32,000 nucleotides of DNA from Xylanibacter ruminicola 23. GTDB lineage: Bacteria > Bacteroidota > Bacteroidia > Bacteroidales > Bacteroidaceae. Position 1 is the first letter of the stretch, and every line of letters begins with the position of its first letter. The position numbers were made by a program, and so were the translations under genes. This document shows positions 13,810 to 21,713 of this stretch, piece after piece. Where the stretch lies: contig NC_014033.1 of the NCBI RefSeq assembly GCF_000025925.1, forward strand, positions 990,001-1,022,000. The letters run 5' to 3'. A model generated the notes under the pieces. The model did not search any database. It saw nothing but the letters and a program-made list of their open reading frames with translations, and was not told where the DNA came from.

Positions 13810-15291
13810 TTAGGGGGTAAGCGTCCAGGTAAGGTTGTTGCTACCAGTACTTGAGCTGGCGAAATTCAGGTCAGTCAATCCCGTGCCATCCCATGTGTTG
13901 CTGGTTACGGTTACGCCGTTAATGGTCACAGCGCCAGTGCTGCCATGGTCATAATGTCCTTTTCCTATCGGCCAGGCAGCAAAGTGGTTTCTGGTAGCCT
14001 GAACCTGGGTGATGCCTGCGGTAATGGTGATACTGCCAAAGGTGCTACTTACTCCGCTGCCGATGCCAGCGCCATGACCATATGAAATGGCAATAATAGT
14101 GCCGCCACTGATGGTGATAGCGCCACATGAGGAGCCACTGAAACCGCTGCCGATGCCGGCACCTTCCCCACTATTGGCATTAACCGTGCCGCCACTGATG
14201 GTGATAGCGCCACATGAGGATTTAAAATCACCGCTGCCGATGCCGGCACCATTCATACTAGAACTGGCATTAACCGTGCCGCCACTGATGGTGATATGGC
14301 CGCATGAGGCGCCATCGTAACCGCTCCCAATGCCGGCTGCCAAATCACCACCGGTGGCAGTGAGAGTGCCTGTGCCATTAATGGTGAGCGTTTTGCCTAT
14401 GGGGCCTGCCTGGATGGCGGGATATTCCCTGTAGAAGCCCTTAACAGTGTTGGTGCCTGTAATGGTGATGGTGGCATTGCCATCACAGGTAAGGCCTGCC
14501 CAATTGGTGCTGGAGTTGTTACCGCCATTGATGGTAACATCTTTCAGCTCTACGCTGGCACCTGCGGCTATGCTAATCTTGTAATTGCCGGTCAGAGTGC
14601 CCGTAAGCACATCGCCATTCTGGGCTATGTAATCACCACTCAAAGCTGCAAGATTGATAGCTGGATCCACTGTCAGCGTATAGCTGACTGTCTTTGTGTT
14701 ATAAGTGTATTCGTCGCTGTCGGTAATGATGGCTGTAATAGTAGCTGTTCCAGCACCTTTTATTGTTACATCGCCGTTTGTGGCATTAACTTCAGCCACT
14801 GTTATATTATTCGAAGTGTATGATACCACTCCATCACCCACAATGGTTAGAGGGTTATTAAATGCAACATCGTTAATATACTTGGGTACGCTGGCAGTAG
14901 CAAAGCTGATGCTACCCTCCTTCTTGGTGACCGTTACTTCTACCGTGGTGGTGTTCTCGCTGAAGATTTCGGTGCGGTAGTAGTCGTCCTCGCCTTGGGC
15001 CTTGATGGTGATGCGGGCGGTGCCGGGGCTGACGGCGGTGATGAGGCCGGTGGCGTCGACGGTGGCTACGGCGGGGTTATCGGATGAGTAGAGCAGCACT
15101 ACATGAGCCTGTGTAGAAGCCTGTATGGGCTTGCTCTCACCTACTTTCAGCGTTAACTGGGCTCTTAGCACCTGCAAGGCAGGGGTAATGGGATTGTCGA
15201 GCATGTCGAACAGCTCGCCGCAACTGGTCATCACAAGGGGCAACGTGAGCATCATGCCCCACCCCAAAATCTGTCGGATAATACGTTTCAT
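13810..15291 (-). CDS. Surface lipoprotein with two BIG2-type Ig-like domains and C-terminal Gly-rich, Cys-containing beta-helix-like repeats
   Basis: 493 aa with lipoprotein signal LPLVMTSC. BIG2-like segments: YSSDNPAVATVDATGLITAVSPGTARITIKA and YTSNNITVAEVNATNGDVTIKGAGTATITA. There are 3-4 repeats of GAGIGSGxxxxSCGxITISGGTVNA. Confidence 0.7.
   Translation of the reverse strand: MKRIIRQILGWGMMLTLPLVMTSCGELFDMLDNPITPALQVLRAQLTLKVGESKPIQASTQAHVVLLYSSDNPAVATVDATGLITAVSPGTARITIKAQGEDDYYRTEIFSENTTTVEVTVTKKEGSISFATASVPKYINDVAFNNPLTIVGDGVVSYTSNNITVAEVNATNGDVTIKGAGTATITAIITDSDEYTYNTKTVSYTLTVDPAINLAALSGDYIAQNGDVLTGTLTGNYKISIAAGASVELKDVTINGGNNSSTNWAGLTCDGNATITITGTNTVKGFYREYPAIQAGPIGKTLTINGTGTLTATGGDLAAGIGSGYDGASCGHITISGGTVNASSSMNGAGIGSGDFKSSCGAITISGGTVNANSGEGAGIGSGFSGSSCGAITISGGTIIAISYGHGAGIGSGVSSTFGSITITAGITQVQATRNHFAAWPIGKGHYDHGSTGAVTINGVTVTSNTWDGTGLTDLNFASSSTGSNNLTWTLTP
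14054..14340. repeat. Intragenic tandem DNA repeats, period 87-90 bp
   Basis: An identical 35-mer, GTGCCGCCACTGATGGTGATAGCGCCACATGAGGA, occurs at 14099-14133 and 14186-14220. A third copy at 14276-14310 matches at about 31/35. CCGCTGCCGATGCC occurs at 14054, 14144 and 14231. Confidence 0.85.
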
Positions 15292-15335
15292 GTTGAAATT
15301 TAGTAATATCTTAATAAGTTAATTAATTTTGCCTG

Positions 15336-15343
15336 CAAATTTA
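15336..15343 (-). promoter_or_regulatory. -7 promoter box TAAATTTG (minus strand) for the BIG2 lipoprotein gene
   Basis: Plus-strand CAAATTTA. It lies 44 nt upstream of the ATG at 15291. Confidence 0.4.
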
Positions 15344-15407
15344 CGAAATAGTTGATAATCAGCCAAATAAAATCGGGAAAAAGTTTGGTAGTTTGGCAAT
15401 TTTTTTG

Positions 15408-15415
15408 TATCTTTG
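15408..15415 (+). promoter_or_regulatory. -7 promoter box TATCTTTG for the HU-like gene
   Basis: Matches TAnnTTTG and lies 46 nt upstream of the ATG at 15462. Confidence 0.5.
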
Positions 15416-15461
15416 CAATGGTAATAATACCACAAAACACATTTAATAAAAACACACAATT

Positions 15462-16100
15462 ATGGCAACAAACGAAATTAAGTTGGGCATCAACTTGCGC
15501 CAGAACAAGAATGCCCGCAACTCGGGGTACGGTAAGTACTATCCCGAAATCGACACGCAGACCACTCTCTCGCTGCGAGGCTTTGCCAAGCACATGAGTG
15601 ATCATGGTTCAATCTATTCGCTCGACATCATCGAGGGCGTGTTGAAGAAAATCACCCAGTGCCTGCCCGAACTCATCAGTCAGGGCGTGCCAGTACGCAT
15701 GGAGCCCCTGGGCACATTCCTGCCCACCTGCGATGTAGAGAAGCCCATTCTGAACATCGCGGCCATGGAGAATGCCGACCCTAACGAGGTGGTAAAGGGC
15801 GTGCACATCCGATTCCTGCCCTACGGTGTGGAGGACGACAACATCACCTCGCGCCGATTCAAGCAGGAGTTCTGTTCGCTCGAGTTCCGCAACATTGTGG
15901 ATACGGTTAAGGTTACCGTGGATGGCAAGGAGAAGAAGGTTACCACGCTGAAGCCTATCGCCACGGCCATAGCCGAGTATAAGTCGGGGCACGAGGCCAG
16001 CGCGCCATCAACCGGCGGTGGTAGTCAGCCATCAACCGGCGGCGGTAACACCGGTGGCAATACCGGTGGCGGCAGCAGCCATGAGCCTATCGGTGATTAA
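15462..16100 (+). CDS. Bacteroidales-type HU-like DNA-binding protein with a Gly/Thr/Ser-rich C-terminal tail
   Basis: 212 aa. The N-terminus (YGKYYPEIDTQTTLSLRGFAKHMSDHGSIYSLDIIEGVLKKITQCLPELISQG) resembles the HU_HIG-like family common in Bacteroidales accessory regions. The tail reads STGGGSQPSTGGGNTGGNTGGGSS. Confidence 0.65.
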   Translation: MATNEIKLGINLRQNKNARNSGYGKYYPEIDTQTTLSLRGFAKHMSDHGSIYSLDIIEGVLKKITQCLPELISQGVPVRMEPLGTFLPTCDVEKPILNIAAMENADPNEVVKGVHIRFLPYGVEDDNITSRRFKQEFCSLEFRNIVDTVKVTVDGKEKKVTTLKPIATAIAEYKSGHEASAPSTGGGSQPSTGGGNTGGNTGGGSSHEPIGD

Positions 16101-16140
16101 AAAAAAAGAAGGCCGGGAGCTTATATAGCTCTCGGCCTTC
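16099..16140 (-). terminator. Hairpin terminator between convergent HU-like and ppiD genes
   Basis: GAAGGCCGGGAGCT / AGCTCTCGGCCTTC forms a 14-bp stem with one G-U pair. The plus-strand A-run 16099-16107 gives a U-tract for the minus-strand ppiD transcript. Confidence 0.8.
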
Positions 16141-16160
16141 GGAAGTAAATACTTAAACAA

Positions 16161-18296
16161 TTAGAAGAACAGGTAGCGGTTGTCTACCACACCAGCCTTC
16201 TGATACAATTCCTGCATGAAGATGCGAGCAGCCTGAGTGGCCTGCATCTGGAGCTGAGCCTCGGTCTGAGCAGCGTCGAACTTAGCGCCGGCGCGGTTGC
16301 TCTTCTTAACTACCTTGAACAGGTAAGCACCACCGTTACCCTTAACCACGTGCTTGCTGAACTCGCCAGCCTTAGCAGCTGCAACGGCACCAGCCAGAGC
16401 GGGCTCTGAAGCACCTGTGGCCTGTACGAATACAGGAGCCGAGAATGTGATCTGATTAACCGCGTCGATGCGAGCACCCTTAGCCTTAGCTGCAGCCAGG
16501 TCGTTAACACCGGCCAGCTTAGCCTTGATCTGCTCGAACTTCTTATCGCGGATAACCTCGGCCTTAAGAACATCCTTCAGGCTGCTCATGTCGCGGTAGC
16601 CTACAGGGTTGATCTTAGTGAGGGCTACAACCAGCAGGTGATCGTTGTTACCGCACTCGTACAGTGGGCTAACCTCGCCTGGCTTAGCGTCGAAGATCCA
16701 CTTCATAGTCTCACGGGTAGAACGCAGGTTGGCTACGTTGTGCTCGTAGTTGAACAGATCCTGACGTGGAGTAACCTTGAAGCCGAACTTAGCAGCGTTC
16801 TTCTCCATATCCTCGATAGTCTTGTTCTCGCTTACAAACTGGCTGAACTTGTTGTAAGCCTCAGAGTATGTCTGCTTAGAGAAATCGATAGTGTGCTTGA
16901 TAACAGCTGCATCGTACTTGTCAACCATAGCCTTGCGAGCGGTAACCTGCAGGATGATGTTGCCCTGAGTAAACTCGAGGTTCTTAACATCGTTTACAGC
17001 CAGGTTGTTGATAGCTGCGAGGTAGGTCTTCGACTCCTCGTCGATAGAGCTGCTGTTCTCGTACATAGCTGATGTGAGCCACTGCTTGGTGCCTGGCTGA
17101 CCGTACTTCTGAGCCAGCTGCTCGAAATCAGCACCAGCCTTCAGAGCTGTGTAGATGCTGTCGGCAGTCTTCTTAGCGGCCTCTACGGTAGCACCGCCAA
17201 CCTGAATCTGGCGATACTCGATAGAGTCAGGAGCCTGAGTCTTGGCAATCAGCTTAACAACGTTGAGAGTGTTATCGAAAGCGGTCTCGAATACAGCTGA
17301 AGTCTGACCTACAGCCATTGAATCGAGCTTAGCAGCGATGTCTGATGGATAAGCGCGCTTGGTAGCAGCCATGCCAGTGTAGGCAAACTGCGACTGGGCC
17401 TTGCGAGCCACCTCGGCAGCGTTAGCACCGCTCTGCAGCTTCTGGGCTGCGTCGGTCATAGTCTTCATCAGCTCCTTGCGGTCGGCTGCTGAAGCTACTA
17501 CCTGGAAATCAACATACTTAATATCGCGGCTCTCAACGTCCTGCTTAAACATCTCCTTCTCCTCGTCGTACTTAGCCTTCAGATCCTTGTCGTCAACCTT
17601 TACATCGTTGTCGTTGATTGAAGAGTAAGCGATAGAAGCCAGCTGGATGTCGCTCTCGGTGTTCTGACCCTCGAAAGCCATCTTAGCTGAGATGGGGTTA
17701 GAGAGCAAGCAGTTGCTGAGCAGAGCCTGGTACTTCTGAGCCAGGGTGTTGGTGCGCAGCTGCTTCTCGATGAACTGCCAGTACTTGTAGATGGTCTGGT
17801 AGCTCTCAGCCAGCTGAGGATTTGAGCCTGCCTTCTTGTAATCGTCCAGGAACTTGGTGAGCATGGTAACGTCGAAACGACCAGTCTGCTGGTTTACGAA
17901 TGGGCTCTGCATCAACATGGGGTTTGTACCCTCCTTCATGATGTTCTGCAACTCCTCGTCGGTAACTGTCAAACCAAGCTTCTCTGCCTCGTTGGCAATG
18001 ATCTGCTCGTTAACGTACTGACTCCAAACCTGATCCTTAATCTGGTTCAGCTCCTCCTCAGAGAAGTTCTCGCGGTTCTGAGTAATCTTCAGAACGTCCT
18101 GATACTCATCAACCAGGGCCTGGAAGTCCTGAACATTGATTTTGTTTCCTAACACTTCGCCAATCTGCTGTCGCTGCTGGTTCTTGGTTGCTTCGCAAGA
18201 ACGGAAAGCTTCCTCAGCAATGAAGGCGAAAAGGCCTAAGCCGATAATGCAAACGAGGGCTACGCCTCTTTTACGGATTTTTCCTAATGCTGCCAT
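16161..18296 (-). CDS. ppiD: Periplasmic chaperone / peptidyl-prolyl isomerase PpiD-like
   Basis: 711 aa. The N-terminal anchor MAALGKIRKRGVALVCIIGLGLFAFI and the long SurA-like body are typical of Bacteroidetes PpiD. Synteny with CNNM/CBS and lptC supports the call. Confidence 0.75.
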   Translation of the reverse strand: MAALGKIRKRGVALVCIIGLGLFAFIAEEAFRSCEATKNQQRQQIGEVLGNKINVQDFQALVDEYQDVLKITQNRENFSEEELNQIKDQVWSQYVNEQIIANEAEKLGLTVTDEELQNIMKEGTNPMLMQSPFVNQQTGRFDVTMLTKFLDDYKKAGSNPQLAESYQTIYKYWQFIEKQLRTNTLAQKYQALLSNCLLSNPISAKMAFEGQNTESDIQLASIAYSSINDNDVKVDDKDLKAKYDEEKEMFKQDVESRDIKYVDFQVVASAADRKELMKTMTDAAQKLQSGANAAEVARKAQSQFAYTGMAATKRAYPSDIAAKLDSMAVGQTSAVFETAFDNTLNVVKLIAKTQAPDSIEYRQIQVGGATVEAAKKTADSIYTALKAGADFEQLAQKYGQPGTKQWLTSAMYENSSSIDEESKTYLAAINNLAVNDVKNLEFTQGNIILQVTARKAMVDKYDAAVIKHTIDFSKQTYSEAYNKFSQFVSENKTIEDMEKNAAKFGFKVTPRQDLFNYEHNVANLRSTRETMKWIFDAKPGEVSPLYECGNNDHLLVVALTKINPVGYRDMSSLKDVLKAEVIRDKKFEQIKAKLAGVNDLAAAKAKGARIDAVNQITFSAPVFVQATGASEPALAGAVAAAKAGEFSKHVVKGNGGAYLFKVVKKSNRAGAKFDAAQTEAQLQMQATQAARIFMQELYQKAGVVDNRYLFF

Positions 18297-18336
18297 AATG
18301 TATTTAAATTTTTAATTATTATTCATAAAACGGGTG

Positions 18337-18344
18337 CAAAATTA
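18337..18344 (-). promoter_or_regulatory. -7 promoter box TAATTTTG (minus strand) for ppiD
   Basis: Plus-strand CAAAATTA. It lies 40 nt upstream of the ATG at 18296. Confidence 0.45.
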
Positions 18345-18388
18345 ATAAATTTGTTCGAAACGACCTAATTTTTTCGTATAAATTTTGG

Positions 18389-19666
18389 CTATTCGGTAAT
18401 GATTAATCGCACCAATTCGATTTTTGTTGCCGTATTCTTGATGATTTTAAACTCGTAGCGGCCCATTTTTACTACCTCGTTCAGTTTTGGGAACGACTGA
18501 TACTCGTGCAGAATCAGGCCTCCAAGGGTCATGTATTCATCGCTTTCGGGCAGGTCGAGATCAAACATCTCGTTAATCTTGGCTATCTCCAGTCGGGCTG
18601 ATAGCATGTATTCGTGGTCGCTCAGTTGTTTGGCCACGTGGTTAGTATTGTCGTGCTCGTCTTCAATCTCGCCTGTAATCTCCTCCATGATATCCTCGAG
18701 CGATACCAGTCCGCTGGTGCCGCCAAACTCATCTACCACCACGGCCAGCGAGCGTTTCTGCTGCATCAGCTGGGTCATCAGCTTCGATGCCAGCATGGTC
18801 TCGGGTACGAAAGAAATCTCACGTACCAATTGGCAATTTACAATGGACGATTGATAATTGTTTTTGTCCAGTCGGAACATGTCGCTGGAGTGTACATAAC
18901 CGATGATATGGTCGATATCCTCGTGATACACCAGAATCTTTGAGTGGCCGCTCTCGATAAACACCTGTCGCAGCTGTTCGATGGTGTCGGTATCCTCTAC
19001 CGCATCAATCTCGGTACGGGGCACCATACAGTCGCGAATCTTCGTCTCCGAGAAGTCGAGCGCATTCTGGAAAATCTTTACTTCTTCCTCGATTTCATCG
19101 TCATTATCGGCGTTATCGATACTGGTCTGAACCAGGTAGTCGAGGTCTACTTTCGTAAACTCCTTTTCCTCGCCGGCACTCTTCATGCGGATGCCTATCA
19201 GGCGCAACAGTCCCTTCGACAGCAGCGTGGCAAAGCGCGATATGGGGTAAAGCACCACATAGCATATCCACGCAGGCACGGCAAACACCGTGAGCAATGT
19301 GTTAGGATTGTTCTTAAAGATAGATTTAGGCAGGAACTCGCCTGTAAACAGCACTACCAGTGTAGATAGCAGCGTATCGGCCGTAACCCTCACCCCGTCG
19401 CTTAGTGGCGCAAACAGTGTGGCGTCGAACAGCTGGGCAAACAGGATACCGTAGATTACCAGTGCGATGTTGTTGCCCACCAGCATGGTTGACACAAAGT
19501 TGTTTGGATGCTGGTAGAACACATGGATGATGCGCTGCGAAAAACGGTTCTTTTCGCGATCCATCTCGGCACGCAGGCGGTTGGACGAAATAAAGGCTAT
19601 CTCCATACCCGAAAAGAAGGCCGAGAACAGCATCGAAACCAGTAGCCAGATAATCGTTGTAGTCAT
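18389..19666 (-). CDS. CNNM (DUF21)-CBS-CorC_HlyC family membrane protein (hemolysin-family / GldE-like)
   Basis: 425 aa. An N-terminal 4-TM DUF21 is followed by a CBS pair and then GTSGLVSLEDIMEEITGEIEDEHD, typical of the CorC/HlyC transporter-associated domain. Confidence 0.8.
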   Translation of the reverse strand: MTTTIIWLLVSMLFSAFFSGMEIAFISSNRLRAEMDREKNRFSQRIIHVFYQHPNNFVSTMLVGNNIALVIYGILFAQLFDATLFAPLSDGVRVTADTLLSTLVVLFTGEFLPKSIFKNNPNTLLTVFAVPAWICYVVLYPISRFATLLSKGLLRLIGIRMKSAGEEKEFTKVDLDYLVQTSIDNADNDDEIEEEVKIFQNALDFSETKIRDCMVPRTEIDAVEDTDTIEQLRQVFIESGHSKILVYHEDIDHIIGYVHSSDMFRLDKNNYQSSIVNCQLVREISFVPETMLASKLMTQLMQQKRSLAVVVDEFGGTSGLVSLEDIMEEITGEIEDEHDNTNHVAKQLSDHEYMLSARLEIAKINEMFDLDLPESDEYMTLGGLILHEYQSFPKLNEVVKMGRYEFKIIKNTATKIELVRLIITE

Positions 19667-19667
19667 A

Positions 19668-20336
19668 TCATCCGTTCTTTCTATGTTTCTGCAGCTGTGG
19701 GCGCAGCGATGGCTGTACCTGTGCGGTATCGGGCTGGGCGCCTGGTTTCTGCGTGGTGGTATCGTTCTGCTCGCCGGTCATATCCTCGCGCTGGAACGAT
19801 CCCTTCGAGTTGCTGACGGTATAGTGCGTCATATGCTCGTCCGACAGGAAATAGGTGCCCTCCATGCTGCGTTCGGGGGTGGTAACCTTCGAGTATACGT
19901 TAGAGTACAGTTCGTGGCGCATACCGTCCCAAAACAGCTCCTCGCTCTCGAACAGCAGGCCGTTAATGTTACGTATGCGTACGCGACCGCGCAGATGCCA
20001 CAGCTTCTTCTGATCGTAATACTTGGCTGAGTCGGCCTGGATATAGGCTTCTACGTGGAATTTCTCGTCGAACTGCTCGAAGAAAACACCCTTTTCGAAC
20101 AGCCAGTACGAGGGATTCTTAACCACGTTCACATCCCAGCGCTCGGTTACAATCTTGTATTTGATCACGCCGCTGTCGCTAATCAGCGTATTAACGCCAT
20201 ACGACGTCATCACCGACACCGAATCGCGGTCGTGTATAGCAGCTGCCGTGTGCTCGTGCACCTCGGTACAGCCGCCTAATATCATTGCTGCAAACGCGGC
20301 TACGGCTATTATTCTACCTTCCACTTTGCAAACCAT
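19668..20336 (-). CDS. lptC: LPS export system periplasmic lipoprotein LptC-like
   Basis: 222 aa with lipobox AMILGGC. Size and position upstream of the CNNM/CBS gene match Bacteroidetes LptC. The call is mostly contextual. Confidence 0.55.
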   Translation of the reverse strand: MVCKVEGRIIAVAAFAAMILGGCTEVHEHTAAAIHDRDSVSVMTSYGVNTLISDSGVIKYKIVTERWDVNVVKNPSYWLFEKGVFFEQFDEKFHVEAYIQADSAKYYDQKKLWHLRGRVRIRNINGLLFESEELFWDGMRHELYSNVYSKVTTPERSMEGTYFLSDEHMTHYTVSNSKGSFQREDMTGEQNDTTTQKPGAQPDTAQVQPSLRPQLQKHRKNG

Positions 20337-21595
20337 CTCTCGTTGAATGTCAGACCGATGTTCAGGCGGAACATCGTTTCCTTAATCATATTATCAGCCG
20401 AACGGTTTACAACCTGTCCGCTGATATTCAGATACGAACGGCCGTTGTAACCGTTCATGATGGGAATACCGAAACCAAGACTGGCCGAGAGCTCTTTGGG
20501 GCCCTCTTTTCCGTTAATATAATAATAAGGTGTGGCCATACCTACACCCGCACGATAGCGCACGCGCTGCAGGAACTTACGACCCATAGGGCGTGGTGTC
20601 CACTCGGCACCCAGGTTAAAGCGATAGCTGTCTTTCAGCAGGCCCGACTTCATGGTATAGGTCTTGGCCTGTGAGTCGAACGAAGGATAATCTACGCTAC
20701 CCCACTTCTGCATGGTAAAGTCGGCACCCATACGGAACTGCTGTCCGTGGTTGTAAGCCAAACCAAAACCAAAGCTGGTAGGAATGCTCAGTGCATCGGC
20801 AAGCTTATAGGCAGTGGTATCGGCCTTGCTGATAGTAGAGTTGCTGTTGATGACCGAGCACTTGGCATCGGCCTTCAGTGAGTGGCCTGGTGTCCAGGTA
20901 GCACCCAGGGTGATGTTATCCTGCTTGCTCAGAGGCAGTTCCAGCTGCATACCAAAGTCGAGCTTGTAGCTGCTGATATCGGCAGTGTACAGCATCTGCA
21001 GGGCGCTTACGTTGCTGGCACTGCTACTGCTGGTAATGCTGCGGTTGTAGTCGCCCCAAAGGTACGACAGGTTGGCACCGATGCTCAGGGGCTTGAACAG
21101 GCGGATACCGGTACCGATAAACAGCTGGTGTATACCGCCATCACCCTTGTTGGTGGTAGTCATCTTGGTGATGCTGGCATCGTTCAGATATTCGCTCTGT
21201 GAGTAGTTATAGCCGATGTTAGAGTAAGGCAGTACGCCGAAGGTAACACCCACGCCCTTAAAGGCACGGAACTGACCTACCACGTAGTCGAAACCGCCAC
21301 TCTTACCATTCATTTTCTTGCCGTTTTCCTTATAGTTGGTAATCTGACCCGACAATCCGGCATCGAACAGCATGGTAAGTGAGTCGACAGCCGAATACGA
21401 AGCGGGGTTCATGGTGTTAACCTCGTTACCGCGACGCATGGCCAGGCCCACGCCGTTCATACCTTTATTAAAACCTACACTCTGATCAGTCAGATCACCT
21501 AAGCCGAACTGGCTATAGGGAGAATTAGTGTTGCTCTGGGCAAAAGCCGATGTCGTCATGGTTGCTAAGACGAAACTGGCGAGAATTTTATTCAT
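20309..21595 (-). CDS. Outer-membrane beta-barrel protein (FadL/PorV-like putative porin)
   Basis: 428 aa with signal peptide ending SAFAQ. The N-terminal SPYSQFGLGDL motif is followed by an alternating Gly/aromatic-rich beta-strand pattern throughout. Confidence 0.6.
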   Translation of the reverse strand: MNKILASFVLATMTTSAFAQSNTNSPYSQFGLGDLTDQSVGFNKGMNGVGLAMRRGNEVNTMNPASYSAVDSLTMLFDAGLSGQITNYKENGKKMNGKSGGFDYVVGQFRAFKGVGVTFGVLPYSNIGYNYSQSEYLNDASITKMTTTNKGDGGIHQLFIGTGIRLFKPLSIGANLSYLWGDYNRSITSSSSASNVSALQMLYTADISSYKLDFGMQLELPLSKQDNITLGATWTPGHSLKADAKCSVINSNSTISKADTTAYKLADALSIPTSFGFGLAYNHGQQFRMGADFTMQKWGSVDYPSFDSQAKTYTMKSGLLKDSYRFNLGAEWTPRPMGRKFLQRVRYRAGVGMATPYYYINGKEGPKELSASLGFGIPIMNGYNGRSYLNISGQVVNRSADNMIKETMFRLNIGLTFNERWFAKWKVE

Positions 21596-21634
21596 ATTTA
21601 ATCTTTTAATTCAGTTGAAAATCTTTTCAGCGTG

Positions 21635-21642
21635 CAAAATTA
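21635..21642 (-). promoter_or_regulatory. -7 promoter box TAATTTTG (minus strand) for the OMP-lptC-CNNM operon
   Basis: Plus-strand CAAAATTA. It lies 39 nt upstream of the ATG at 21595. Confidence 0.45.
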
Positions 21643-21686
21643 TCAAAAAAAAACGAAGAAATGGCTTTTTCTTCGAAAATATAAGT

Positions 21687-21694
21687 TATTTTTG
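21687..21694 (+). promoter_or_regulatory. -7 promoter box TATTTTTG for the DUF4105 gene
   Basis: Matches TAnnTTTG and lies 19 nt upstream of the ATG at 21714. Confidence 0.45.
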
Positions 21695-21713
21695 CATCGT
21701 GAAACATTTAAAA

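Larger units (their letters stand above)
8795..16140. mobile_element. Putative accessory module: lysis-like pair, primase-helicase, iteron field, toxin-antitoxin, surface lipoprotein, HU-like protein. Boundaries are provisional.
   Basis: The call rests on gene content only. The block is bounded by strong bidirectional terminators at 8795-8836 and 16099-16140. No integrase, att site or tRNA was identified, so mobility is not shown. Confidence 0.3.

Noticed and set aside
13810-15291. Diversity-generating retroelement targeting the repeat region of the BIG2 lipoprotein
   Set aside because: There is no reverse transcriptase gene and no non-coding template repeat outside the gene. Differences between repeat copies are not adenine-specific.
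8795-16140. Complete prophage or integrative conjugative element
   Set aside because: The window shows no integrase/recombinase, terminase, portal, capsid, tail, relaxase or type IV secretion genes, and no flanking tRNA or att repeats. Only a satellite-like or remnant interpretation is tenable.
21528-21713. Extended N-terminus of the DUF4105 ORF (start 21528)
   Set aside because: It is a GTG start overlapping the divergent outer-membrane protein gene and its promoter region. The ATG at 21714 gives a canonical signal peptide and follows a TAnnTTTG box.
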